This document shows, in pieces, positions 1-8,024 of a stretch of 44,889 nucleotides of DNA. This DNA is from an uncultured Syntrophaceae bacterium (GTDB lineage Bacteria; Desulfobacterota; Syntrophia; Syntrophales; UBA2192). The stretch is from positions 1-44,889 of the forward strand of contig CAYZKT010000003.1 in assembly GCA_964478885.1 (NCBI GenBank). Reading direction: 5' to 3'. A program made the position numbers and the translations under genes. Within the stretch, counting starts at the first letter, position 1. Every line of letters begins with the position of its first letter. Below the pieces are notes generated by a model. The model worked only from the letters and a program-made list of their open reading frames with translations. It searched no databases and had not been told where the DNA came from.

Positions 1-344
1 ACGACGAAGACCGCCGTCTTCCAGCTGTCGAGGACGAACCCGTAGGCGTTGTTGACGTTGATGTTCTCCTTGAAGAGCATCTGGGTGAGCCTGTCGAGCC
101 CGCCCGGCTTGTCCTCGATGATCACGGCGATGACCTCTTTGGTCGTCACCATCATCCCGTCCTTCTTGATCGCCTTGATGGCCTTCTGGGGGTCGTCGAC
201 GATGAGGTTGATGACGCCGAAGGTTGCCGTCGTGGCGATCGTCGTGGCCCGGATGCTCACCTTCTCCTTGCCCAGGATCCGGGTGAGCCGCGCCAGCTGC
301 CCGGGCTTGTTTTCCGCGAACACGGAGATCTGATGCACGATCAT
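1..344 (-). CDS. ACT domain-containing protein (3' end runs off the window)
   Basis: Absent from the ORF track because it is truncated by the window edge. My reverse-strand translation from the ATG at 342-344 gives MIVHQISVFAENKPGQLARLTRILGKEKVSIRATTIATTATFGVINLIVDDPQKAIKAIKKDGMMVTTKEVIAVIIEDKPGGLDRLTQMLFKENINVNNAYGF..., which looks like two ACT-like repeats. It lies directly downstream of the PaaK-type ligase, a common pairing. Confidence 0.6.
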   Translation of the reverse strand, partial: MIVHQISVFAENKPGQLARLTRILGKEKVSIRATTIATTATFGVINLIVDDPQKAIKAIKKDGMMVTTKEVIAVIIEDKPGGLDRLTQMLFKENINVNNAYGFVLDSWKTAVFV

Positions 345-510
345 TTTGCACCTCTCTTTAATCGAAGCGCCTGCCGACAATCACGTCTTCCATCAGGCGT
401 TTCTGGTTCAGGTAACGCGCATCCGGTGCAGTCTACAGTCAACAGCCTACAGTCCTCTCATCCCTTGCCGGAGCCTGAAGCCTGTCGCCTGGAGCCTGCC
501 GCGCAGCGGC

Positions 511-1809
511 TCAGTCTTTCCGGTTGTCGATGACCCGTACCGCCTTGCCTTCCGTCTTCGGCAGGCTTCCCGGCTCGGCGAGTTCGACCTTCGGGGTGAT
601 GAGGATGTCGCCCTTGAGCTCTTCCGTGATCCGGCGCTGGAGCTGCTGCAACTTCAGCAGATCGCCGTCGAAGAATTCCTGCGCCACCTCGACCTTGACG
701 ATCATCTCGTCGTTGAACCCCTTGCGTTCGAGGACGATCTGGAAGTTCGTCCCTACGCCGGGGATCTCCATGAGTTTTTTCTCGATCTGGATCGGGAAGA
801 TGTTGACCCCCTTGAGGATCATCATGTCGTCGGTGCGGCCCTTGAACCGCTCGATGCGGCGGTGCGTCCTGCCGCACTCGCAGGGGCCGGGGATGATCCG
901 CGTCAGGTCCTTCGTGCGGTAGCGGATGATCGGCATCCCCTCGCGCTGAAGCGTCGTCATGACCAGCTCGCCCTCTTCCCCGTCCGGGAGGGGCTTGAGG
1001 GTCTTCGGGTCGAGGATCTCCACGAGGAAGCTGTCCTCCCAGATGTGCAGGCCGTTCTGGCAGGGGCACTCGAAGGCCACCCCGGGGCCGTTCATCTCGG
1101 AGAGGCCGTAGGAGTTGAAGGCCTTCCATCCGTAGAACTCCTCGATCTTTTTCCGGGTCTTTTCCGTGTGAGGCTCCGCCCCCACGAAGGCGATCCGGAC
1201 CTTCGTGTCCTTCCGGGAATCGACCTTGAGCTCCTCGAAAACGCTGGTGAGGTGCAGGGCGTAGCTCGGGATGATGTGGATGACTGTCGTGTCGAAATCC
1301 TTCATGAGCTGGATCTGGCGCTTGCTGTTGCCGGCCCCGGCGGGGATCACCAGGCAGCCGATCCGCTCGGCCCCGTAATGGAACCCCAGGCCCCCGGTGA
1401 ACATGCCGTAGGTCATCATGTTCTGGAAGACATCGGCCTTCCGGACGCCCGTCATGTACATGCAGCGGGCCACCAGGTTCGTCCAGGCGTTCAGGTCGTT
1501 CGCCGTGTGGAAGATGACCGTCGCCCGTCCCGTCGTGCCCGACGAGGAGTGCATGCGGACCAGCTCCTCTTTCGGCACGGCCAGGAACCCGTAAGGCCAG
1601 TTCTCCCGCAGGTCGTCCTTGGTCGTCAGGGGAAGTTTCGGCACGTCTGCCAGGGACTTGAAATCGTCGGGGTTGAACCCCGCTTCCTTGTAGACCCTGC
1701 CGTAGTGAGGGGATTTCGCGGCCTGTTTGAGGGTCGCCTTCAGCCGTTCGACCTGGTTCGCCTCGAGCGTTTCGCGCGGCATGGTCTCGATTTCTTTTTC
1801 CCAGTACAT
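511..1809 (-). CDS. paaK: phenylacetate-CoA ligase family protein (PaaK-like adenylate-forming enzyme)
   Basis: 432 aa. It starts MYWEKEIETMPRETLEANQVERLK and carries an SSGTTG AMP-binding P-loop. Length and overall sequence are typical of the PaaK / coenzyme F390 synthetase family. Confidence 0.85.
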   Translation of the reverse strand: MYWEKEIETMPRETLEANQVERLKATLKQAAKSPHYGRVYKEAGFNPDDFKSLADVPKLPLTTKDDLRENWPYGFLAVPKEELVRMHSSSGTTGRATVIFHTANDLNAWTNLVARCMYMTGVRKADVFQNMMTYGMFTGGLGFHYGAERIGCLVIPAGAGNSKRQIQLMKDFDTTVIHIIPSYALHLTSVFEELKVDSRKDTKVRIAFVGAEPHTEKTRKKIEEFYGWKAFNSYGLSEMNGPGVAFECPCQNGLHIWEDSFLVEILDPKTLKPLPDGEEGELVMTTLQREGMPIIRYRTKDLTRIIPGPCECGRTHRRIERFKGRTDDMMILKGVNIFPIQIEKKLMEIPGVGTNFQIVLERKGFNDEMIVKVEVAQEFFDGDLLKLQQLQRRITEELKGDILITPKVELAEPGSLPKTEGKAVRVIDNRKD

Positions 1810-2014
1810 GGATGCCTTTCCTCCAAGGTGATCGAGCGTTTTTTGTACTCCGCCCCGGGGAATTTATCAAGGCCTATCTCGGCACAGGCGGGGGCTTTTG
1901 AACTTCGCACTTGCACACGTCCCCTGTCGCGGTGTATCCATTTCAATCGGCGGAAGCCACAAGACCGTGTCGCATACGGCGTCATGACGGAATAGACTGA
2001 ACCGGAGGTTCATC

Positions 2015-3181
2015 ATGCAGAATTTTGTTTTCGAGAATCCCACGAAAATCATCTTCGGGCAAGGCTCGATCGCCAAGATCGGCTCCGAAGTCAAGCGGTT
2101 CGGCAGCCGGGTGCTCATGGTTTACGGAATGGGAAGCGTCCGGACAAGCGGCGTTTACGAGCAGGTCCTGAATTCCCTCAAGGAGGCGGGCGTCGACGTC
2201 GTCGAGCTTCCCGGCGTCAAATCCAACCCCCTCCTGTCCAAGGCCAGGGAAGGCATCGAGCTTGCCCGGTCCGGGAAGGTCGACGTGGTTCTCGCCGTGG
2301 GCGGCGGGAGCGTCATCGACACGGCCAAGACCATCGCCGCCGGCGCCAAGGCCGATCACGACCCATGGGAATTCTTCGTCTACACGAAACTCGTCAAGGA
2401 CGCCCTGCCCGTCCTCGTCGTCCTCACGCTCTCGGCCAGCGCCTCGGAGATGAACGCCGCGGCCGTCATCACGAAGGACGAGACATGCCAGAAGTTCAGC
2501 GTGCGCAGCCCCCTGATCCAGCCGAAGACGTCCATCCTCGACCCGGAGGTCCTCTTTACGCTTTCGCCGTCCTACACGGCCTACAGTGCCGTCGACATCA
2601 TCACGCACATGCTCGAGGGATACTTCACCAACACGGAGACGGGCGAGAGCCCCCTGCAGGACCGGATGATCTACGCCTTCATGCGCACGCTCATGGAGGC
2701 CACCGAAAAGTCGCTGGCAAACCCGAAGGACTACGATGCGCGGGCAAATTTCATGTGGTCGGGCACCCTGGCCTTCAACGGCCTGACGACGGCAGGCATG
2801 GGCGTCGTGGGATTCCCCGTGCACATGATCGAGCACTCGCTGTCGGCCCTCTATGACATCGCGCACGGCGCGGGCCTGTCCATCATGCTGCCCGGCTGGA
2901 TGACCTGGTCTGCGGCGAAGAAACCGGCGCGCTTCGCCCGTCTGGCAAGGGAGTTCTTCGACGTGGCCGAGGCGGACGACGCAAAGGCGGCAGCCGCCGG
3001 CATCGCGCAGCTCAAGGCCTGGTTCAGCGCCATCGGGAGCCCCGTTTCGCTCAAGGAGGGAGGCATCCCCGAGGGCGACATCGGGAAGATCGCCGACAAT
3101 GCCGTCGAACTGGCCCGGACGTGGAGGCTCAAGGACTACACGAAAGAGGTCATCGTCGACGTACTGAGCCACTGCCGCTGA
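2015..3181 (+). CDS. iron-containing alcohol dehydrogenase (YqhD/BdhA-like)
   Basis: 388 aa. It has the GGGSVIDTAK dinucleotide/iron-ADH motif and conserved His residues (HMLEGY, HMIEH, AHGAG). GGAGG lies upstream of the ATG. Confidence 0.85.
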   Translation: MQNFVFENPTKIIFGQGSIAKIGSEVKRFGSRVLMVYGMGSVRTSGVYEQVLNSLKEAGVDVVELPGVKSNPLLSKAREGIELARSGKVDVVLAVGGGSVIDTAKTIAAGAKADHDPWEFFVYTKLVKDALPVLVVLTLSASASEMNAAAVITKDETCQKFSVRSPLIQPKTSILDPEVLFTLSPSYTAYSAVDIITHMLEGYFTNTETGESPLQDRMIYAFMRTLMEATEKSLANPKDYDARANFMWSGTLAFNGLTTAGMGVVGFPVHMIEHSLSALYDIAHGAGLSIMLPGWMTWSAAKKPARFARLAREFFDVAEADDAKAAAAGIAQLKAWFSAIGSPVSLKEGGIPEGDIGKIADNAVELARTWRLKDYTKEVIVDVLSHCR

Positions 3182-3184
3182 AGG

Positions 3185-3688
3185 ATGAAAAAGGGGAACA
3201 CCGACAAAGTGAGTGCGGTGGGACAGGCGTCTCGCCTGTCCAATGCACCGAGGAAAAGACACCTGCCGCATTATGAGGAATCCGGTGGTTATTACTTCAT
3301 CACCTTTGCGACGAACAAGAGGAAACCGTTAACCGAATCCGACAAAGAATGCATCTTCAAAGCCTTGCATTATCTAAAAGACAAGAAATACGATCTTCAA
3401 GCTGCCGTTGTGATGGACGATCACGTTCATCTTGTCATCAAACCGTCAGAGCCCCTGGCGAAAATCATGCACAGCATAAAGAGTTTCACAGCTCATGAGA
3501 TAAACAAGGCCACCGGGCTGTCAGGAAGGGTGTGGCAAGATGAGTATTATGACCGGGTCATCAGAAACGATGGAGAATATAGAGAGAAAATGCTCTACAT
3601 CGCAAACAATCCGCTCAAGTCCAAACCGGGGTCAACACATTCAGATTATCCATGGCTGTATGTAAAGGGATGGATCGATGGAGGATGA
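3185..3688 (+). CDS. rayT: REP-associated tyrosine transposase (RayT / IS200-like Y1 HUH transposase)
   Basis: 167 aa with GGYYFITFATNKRKP, the HUH motif DDHVHLVIKP and a catalytic-Tyr region EKMLYIANNPLK. The gene is visibly AT-richer than its flanks. The start is uncertain (ATG 3185, or in-frame GTG at 3209 or 3218). Confidence 0.8.
   Translation: MKKGNTDKVSAVGQASRLSNAPRKRHLPHYEESGGYYFITFATNKRKPLTESDKECIFKALHYLKDKKYDLQAAVVMDDHVHLVIKPSEPLAKIMHSIKSFTAHEINKATGLSGRVWQDEYYDRVIRNDGEYREKMLYIANNPLKSKPGSTHSDYPWLYVKGWIDGG
3221..3241. repeat. REP-like palindrome, copy 1 (GGACAGGCG-TCT-CGCCTGTCC)
   Basis: Perfect 9-bp stem with a 3-nt loop, lying in the 5' end of the rayT ORF. Twenty nt are identical to the reverse complement of the copy at 3686-3706. 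Confidence 0.75.
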
Positions 3689-3706
3689 CAGGCGAGACGC
3701 CTGTCC
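3686..3706. repeat. REP-like palindrome, copy 2 (inverted relative to copy 1)
   Basis: TGACAGGCGAGACGCCTGTCC. It begins at the rayT stop codon and ends 9 nt before the mobA ATG. Its loop AGA is the complement of copy 1's loop TCT. Confidence 0.75.
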
Positions 3707-3714
3707 TACAGTAT

Positions 3715-4302
3715 ATGACGGGAATTATTTTAGCCGGCGGCAGGGCAAGCCGCATGGGCGGCATCAACAAGGCCTTCATCGAGGTGAAGGGCGAGCGCCT
3801 CATCGACCGGACGTTGCGCATCTACCGGACGTTCTTCCGGGAGATCCTCATCTCCACCAACTCCCCGCTGGAGTACCTCGAATTTGACGCCCGGATCGTC
3901 ACCGACATCCACCGGGGCAAGGGCCCCCTGGGGGGCATCCAAGCGGGACTCCTCCACGCAAGCTGCGAGCAGGCATTCGTCTCGGCATGCGACATGCCAT
4001 ACGTAAGCGAGGCATTCATCGCGCACATGATTGCGCAGGCCCCGGGGTATGACCTGGTGGTTCCCGTTTCCGCGAACGGCTTCGAGTCGCTTCACGCGAT
4101 CTATTCTCGCAGGTGTCTCCCCGTCATCGAATCGCAGATCGAGAGGGACGAATTGAAGGTCTCCCTCCTTTTCCGGAAGTTCAAGACCCGCGAGATCCCC
4201 GCCGACGAGATCCGCCGGTTCGACCCCGAAGGGCGGCTCTTTGCCAACCTCAACCGGCCGGAGGACCTCAGATCGATCCCGCAGTCCCGAACACGCCGCT
4301 GA
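3715..4302 (+). CDS. mobA: molybdenum cofactor guanylyltransferase
   Basis: MTGIILAGGRASRMGG...KGPLGG...ACDMPYV are MobA hallmarks. I use the ATG at 3715 rather than the track start at 3652, because 3652 overlaps rayT and the REP copy. Confidence 0.8.
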   Translation: MTGIILAGGRASRMGGINKAFIEVKGERLIDRTLRIYRTFFREILISTNSPLEYLEFDARIVTDIHRGKGPLGGIQAGLLHASCEQAFVSACDMPYVSEAFIAHMIAQAPGYDLVVPVSANGFESLHAIYSRRCLPVIESQIERDELKVSLLFRKFKTREIPADEIRRFDPEGRLFANLNRPEDLRSIPQSRTRR

Positions 4303-4499
4303 TACCCGCGCCGTGCCGCTTCCCCATCCCCTCGGGTGTCCGTCCCACCCCATCACCTCGCGCTTCTTTTTTCCAATTGACAATTACCCGGTTTTTCGAT
4401 ACTTCTGGCGCGATTTTGCGCATTTGACAGAGAGGCGCAGGTCAACGGTTTCCGTCCATTTATATTCCGCGTGATGCATGTCCAAGGAGGGAGGGTTTC

Positions 4500-5798
4500 A
4501 TGACAGAGCAAAAAGTAATGAATCGTTGGTTGGTCGTTATCGGTGCCGTGGCGATACAGCTTTGCCTCGGCGCCATTTATGCGTGGTCCGTGTTCACGCC
4601 GAAGCTTTGCGATCCGGCAGGCGCTTACAAGTTCACCGCCACACAGGCAAACTGGATCTTTTCCATCGGCCTGCTGGTTTTTTCGTTCACTATCATCCTT
4701 TCCGGCAGGATCATGGGCAAGACGGGCCCCCGGAAGCTGGCCGTAGCGAGCGCTCTCGTCCTGGGCGCGGGTTACATGCTGGGAGGCCTTTTTGGAAGTT
4801 CCTTCTTCACGCAGCTTTTCCTCATCGGGATCGTCGGCGGCTTCGGAATAGGCCTGGGATACGCCGTTCCCATCGCCGTGGGCGTCAAGTGGTTCCCCGA
4901 CAAGAAGGGTATGGTAACGGGCCTGGCAGTGGCCGGCTTCGGCTTTGGCGCCATGATCTGGGTCAAGTCCGCCGACACGTGGTTCAACCTGCTCAACACG
5001 CTTAATTTCTTCGGCCTCGGCGGCGTGCAGAGCACGTTTCTGCTCTACGGGTTCCTGTTCTTCCTGCTGGTCTTCCTCGGCAGCTTCGTCATGATCGACC
5101 CCCCCGCGGGATGGCTTCCCGCCGGCTGGACGCCCCCTGCACCCACGGCGGCGGGTGTGTCGGCCATGGGCATGACGAACTTCGAGCCTGGCGAAATGAT
5201 CAAGACCCCTCAGTTCTATCTCCTCTGGCTGACATTCCACTTTTCCGCCATCGCTGGGCTCATGGTCATCGGCAACATCAAGCTCTTCGGAATGGATGCA
5301 CTGAAAGCCGCCGGAGTTTCCTTGGCCGATGCCTCGGCAATTACCGGAACGGCCCTGGCCTTTCTGGCCATCTTCAACGGCCTCGGCCGTGTCGTCTGGG
5401 GAACCGTCTCCGACAAGATCGGCCGAAAGCTCTCGATCATCCTGATGTGCGCTCTCCAGTCCGTGGTCATGTTCTTCTTCTACAAGATGGGAAGCGCCGA
5501 GATGACGCTCATCGCCGGCGCCTGCATCATCGGATTCAACTTCGGCGGAAACTTTGCGCTGTTCCCCGCTGCCACGGCGGACTATTTCGGCAACAAGAAC
5601 GTGGGGCTCAACTACGGCTACATCTTTGTCTCTTACGGTCTGGCCGGTGTGGTCGGTCCGCAGATCGCGGCCTACTTCAAGGACGCGGCCAAGGGTAACC
5701 CCGATCCCGCCGTCTGGATCACCCCCTTCATGATCGCTGCCGTCAGCTGTCTGGCCGGGGCCATCCTGACGAGCCTGGTGAAGACGCCCCAAAAATAG
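4500..5798 (+). CDS. MFS transporter, oxalate/formate antiporter (OFA) family
   Basis: 432 aa, about 12 predicted TM segments. The N-terminus NRWLVVIGAVAIQLCLGAIYAWSVF is typical of OFA-family MFS proteins. GGAGGGAGGG lies upstream of the ATG. Confidence 0.8.
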   Translation: MTEQKVMNRWLVVIGAVAIQLCLGAIYAWSVFTPKLCDPAGAYKFTATQANWIFSIGLLVFSFTIILSGRIMGKTGPRKLAVASALVLGAGYMLGGLFGSSFFTQLFLIGIVGGFGIGLGYAVPIAVGVKWFPDKKGMVTGLAVAGFGFGAMIWVKSADTWFNLLNTLNFFGLGGVQSTFLLYGFLFFLLVFLGSFVMIDPPAGWLPAGWTPPAPTAAGVSAMGMTNFEPGEMIKTPQFYLLWLTFHFSAIAGLMVIGNIKLFGMDALKAAGVSLADASAITGTALAFLAIFNGLGRVVWGTVSDKIGRKLSIILMCALQSVVMFFFYKMGSAEMTLIAGACIIGFNFGGNFALFPAATADYFGNKNVGLNYGYIFVSYGLAGVVGPQIAAYFKDAAKGNPDPAVWITPFMIAAVSCLAGAILTSLVKTPQK

Positions 5799-5824
5799 CG
5801 GCTCTTGAATTCCTGTAGAAAGAG

Positions 5825-5859
5825 AGAGCGCCGGTTATCCAGGCCGGCGCTCTTTTTTT
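5825..5859 (+). terminator. intrinsic terminator between convergent genes
   Basis: Perfect 10-bp stem AGAGCGCCGG / CCGGCGCTCT with a 9-nt loop, followed by T7. It sits exactly between the MFS stop and the stop of the minus-strand operon. Confidence 0.75.
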
Positions 5860-7018
5860 ACCTTCGGGCAATCGCCCGGAGGATCGGCCCGCCATGGCGG
5901 CCGGCCATGTGCAGCGGTCTGAAGAGGTAATAGAGGGGGGAGAGCGGATCGGGCAGGGCCGAGGGGTTCCACTCGCCGGCGGCCAGCGTCGCCAGGAGCC
6001 TGCCGGCAAAGAGAAGCTGATCCCGCCTGCGATCCTTCGACTTCAGGTAGAAGAGGTACCGTGCCGGGTCCACGTCCGGGTCCACGGGGGTCTTCGCGAT
6101 GACATCCCGGGCCCGCCGCGCCAGGACCCTAACCATGAGGTCCGCCTCGATCCGGTCCGCGATCTCCTTCGGCAGGCAGGCACCCGTCAGGCGCTCGGCC
6201 AGGAGAAGCCCGAGCAGCAGGAGCCTCGTCACGCCGCAGCGCCCGGCAAGGTCGAGCGCCCGCAAAAGATCCGGGGGCGTCGGCGACGCGAGCAGGCCCG
6301 CCACGTCGCAGACCCAGCCCAGCTTGCACCACAGGTGCTTCGAGCCGTGCACGCAGAGCATCACGAGAGTTTCTTCCAGCGGGAGAACCGGATAATCCAT
6401 TCCGGCCCACGCTCGCCTCTCCAGCCTGGACCAGATACCGACCTTCCCGTGGTCGAACCCGAAATACCCGGGCACGACGGCCCATTGAAGCTCGACCTGC
6501 AGCTTCCCGTCGCGGCGTACGAAGGCCGTCTCGTATTCGGTTCGCCGGTGGGCCGCAAGTCGAGGCCCGACAAGCTCGGTTTGTGCCCTGTACCCCTGCA
6601 CATCGAGGACTTTCACGGCCCTGTGCAGCGTTTCCCCGGGGATGAGGATGTCCAGGTCCTTCGACTGCCGATATGCCGGATCACCATACAGCATGACGGA
6701 AAGGGCCGGCCCCTTGAAGGGGTATGCGGGGATGCCGGAAGACTCGAAGGCTTTCAGGATACGGGACAGTTCCGTGGCGAGCAGGAGCGACCGGACCGTG
6801 TTATTCTGATGAAGGCCGCGGAGGCGGTTTGCCGCGGCGCGGGGAACGGCTACGTTGAGAACGCCCGGAAGCGTCCTGCAAACAAGCGGGACCACGTTGT
6901 GCCACTCACAGAGGCCGGGGAAACGGTTCCAGTCGACACACTCCGGCACCGGCACCGTTTCACCCTTTCGGAAGGCGCCCCGGACACAGGTAAGCAGCAA
7001 TTCAGTTTCCGGGCGCAT
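5858..7018 (-). CDS. nucleotidyltransferase family protein (NTP_transf_5-like, the type seen in RiPP/lasso clusters)
   Basis: 386 aa starting MRPETELLLTCVRG...DWNRF..LCEWH.VVPLV, with a central SKDLDILI motif. It is the last gene of the operon and overlaps the upstream GT2 gene by 17 nt. Confidence 0.65.
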   Translation of the reverse strand: MRPETELLLTCVRGAFRKGETVPVPECVDWNRFPGLCEWHNVVPLVCRTLPGVLNVAVPRAAANRLRGLHQNNTVRSLLLATELSRILKAFESSGIPAYPFKGPALSVMLYGDPAYRQSKDLDILIPGETLHRAVKVLDVQGYRAQTELVGPRLAAHRRTEYETAFVRRDGKLQVELQWAVVPGYFGFDHGKVGIWSRLERRAWAGMDYPVLPLEETLVMLCVHGSKHLWCKLGWVCDVAGLLASPTPPDLLRALDLAGRCGVTRLLLLGLLLAERLTGACLPKEIADRIEADLMVRVLARRARDVIAKTPVDPDVDPARYLFYLKSKDRRRDQLLFAGRLLATLAAGEWNPSALPDPLSPLYYLFRPLHMAGRHGGPILRAIARR

Positions 7019-8024
7019 AGGGGAACACCTCCGTCGCCGGATCCCGTCCTGCGACAGCCGTAACGGATCGTACCGACCCGTTCAGAAGGGGCTGGAGCTT
7101 CCGGGCGTAGAGCCGTGGGATGACATGCGCCGGGTGCATCACGGACGCAGCAAGCAACGCCACGATCATCCCGAGCGGGCGCTGTTCGGCATAGTGCAGG
7201 GCCGCCCGCTGGTAGAGGCGTTCGCCCGCCTCCCGTCGGAATACTCGAGCCCGCTCGACGACAGGGAGTCCCTTCTCTCTCTCGACGAAGTCGCCGAGTG
7301 TCGGTTCCGGTAGTCCGTGTACCCTTGCCTCGCCGCAGGCGATTGCCCACCGGTGCAGCATCCTCTGCCGGGCATTCTGCGTCATCGTGAGCGACTCCCC
7401 GTGCAACCGGTAGAGAAGCAGGGGCTCGGAAACCTTGAGCATCAGGTGCCCTTTCTCCACCATGCGGATCCACAGGTCCACATCTTCGGCCGGCGAGAAG
7501 GCCTCCCGGTAGCCCTCCATGGCAAGGACGGTCTGACGATGCATCAGGGTGGAGGAATTGACGAAGTAGATGGGGCGGTTTTCCCGGACAAGCCGGTCAT
7601 ACTCGGCAGGCGTAAACGGGCCTTCCGTTCCCACGAGACCCAGGGGCTTTCCCGCGTGGTTGATGAAACAGGCGAGCGTTCCGACGATCTTCGTCTCCGG
7701 GTTTCGGCGCAGGAAGGCGATTTGCCGCTCGATTTTCTCCGGGAGGAAAACGTCGTCGGCGTCGAGGCGCGCCGCCCAATCGCAGCGGGCTTCCTCGAGG
7801 CCCCGGTTCCCCGCGGCGGCCACACCGCGGTTCTCCTGGCACAGGCAGCGGACGCGGGGGTCCCCGTCTGCGTAACGTCGGATGATCGAGGCCGTCGCAT
7901 CCGTGGAGCCGTCATCGACGAGCAGCAGCTCCAGGTCCCTGTGCGTCTGCGCCAGAACGCTTTCGACGGCCTGAGCCAAATATTTCTCCCCGTTATGAAC
8001 GGGTATGACGACGGACACTTTCAT
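7002..8024 (-). CDS. family 2 glycosyltransferase
   Basis: 340 aa with MKVSVVIPVHNGEKYLAQAVESVLAQTHRDLELLLVDDGSTD and a later LDADD motif, a classic GT2 (GT-A) signature. Confidence 0.85.
   Translation of the reverse strand: MKVSVVIPVHNGEKYLAQAVESVLAQTHRDLELLLVDDGSTDATASIIRRYADGDPRVRCLCQENRGVAAAGNRGLEEARCDWAARLDADDVFLPEKIERQIAFLRRNPETKIVGTLACFINHAGKPLGLVGTEGPFTPAEYDRLVRENRPIYFVNSSTLMHRQTVLAMEGYREAFSPAEDVDLWIRMVEKGHLMLKVSEPLLLYRLHGESLTMTQNARQRMLHRWAIACGEARVHGLPEPTLGDFVEREKGLPVVERARVFRREAGERLYQRAALHYAEQRPLGMIVALLAASVMHPAHVIPRLYARKLQPLLNGSVRSVTAVAGRDPATEVFPYAPGN

Larger units (their letters stand above)
3221..3706 (+). mobile_element. REP-rayT-REP unit (domesticated Y1 transposase flanked by inverted REPs)
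   Basis: A Y1 HUH transposase is bracketed by two inverted copies of the same 20-nt palindrome. It forms a low-GC island wedged between adh and mobA with almost no spare intergenic DNA. Confidence 0.65.

Noticed and set aside
346-1995. 549-aa plus-strand ORF, plus many similar long ORFs: 1982-3271(-), 4353-5792(-), 5894-7063(+), 14846-16057(+), 19138-20196(-), 21043-23460(-), 24900-26918(+), 28404-29987(-), 31541-33313(+), 33151-34602(-), 36321-37853(-), 37975-39342(-), 40533-42131(+), 42905-44332(-)
   Set aside because: They are antisense or off-frame shadows of genes with clear family signatures. Their translations are Arg/Pro/Gly/Ala/Asp-rich low-complexity strings, typical of open non-coding frames in GC-rich DNA, and they lack recognisable motifs.
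3652-3714. Upstream extension of mobA from the track start
   Set aside because: It overlaps the rayT 3' end and the REP palindrome. The canonical MobA N-terminus (MTGIILAGG) begins at 3715.
4424-4466. Sigma70 promoter for the MFS transporter (TTGACA at 4424-4429, TATATT at 4461-4466)
   Set aside because: The two hexamers are 31 nt apart, and neither has a suitably spaced partner. I could not support a promoter call.
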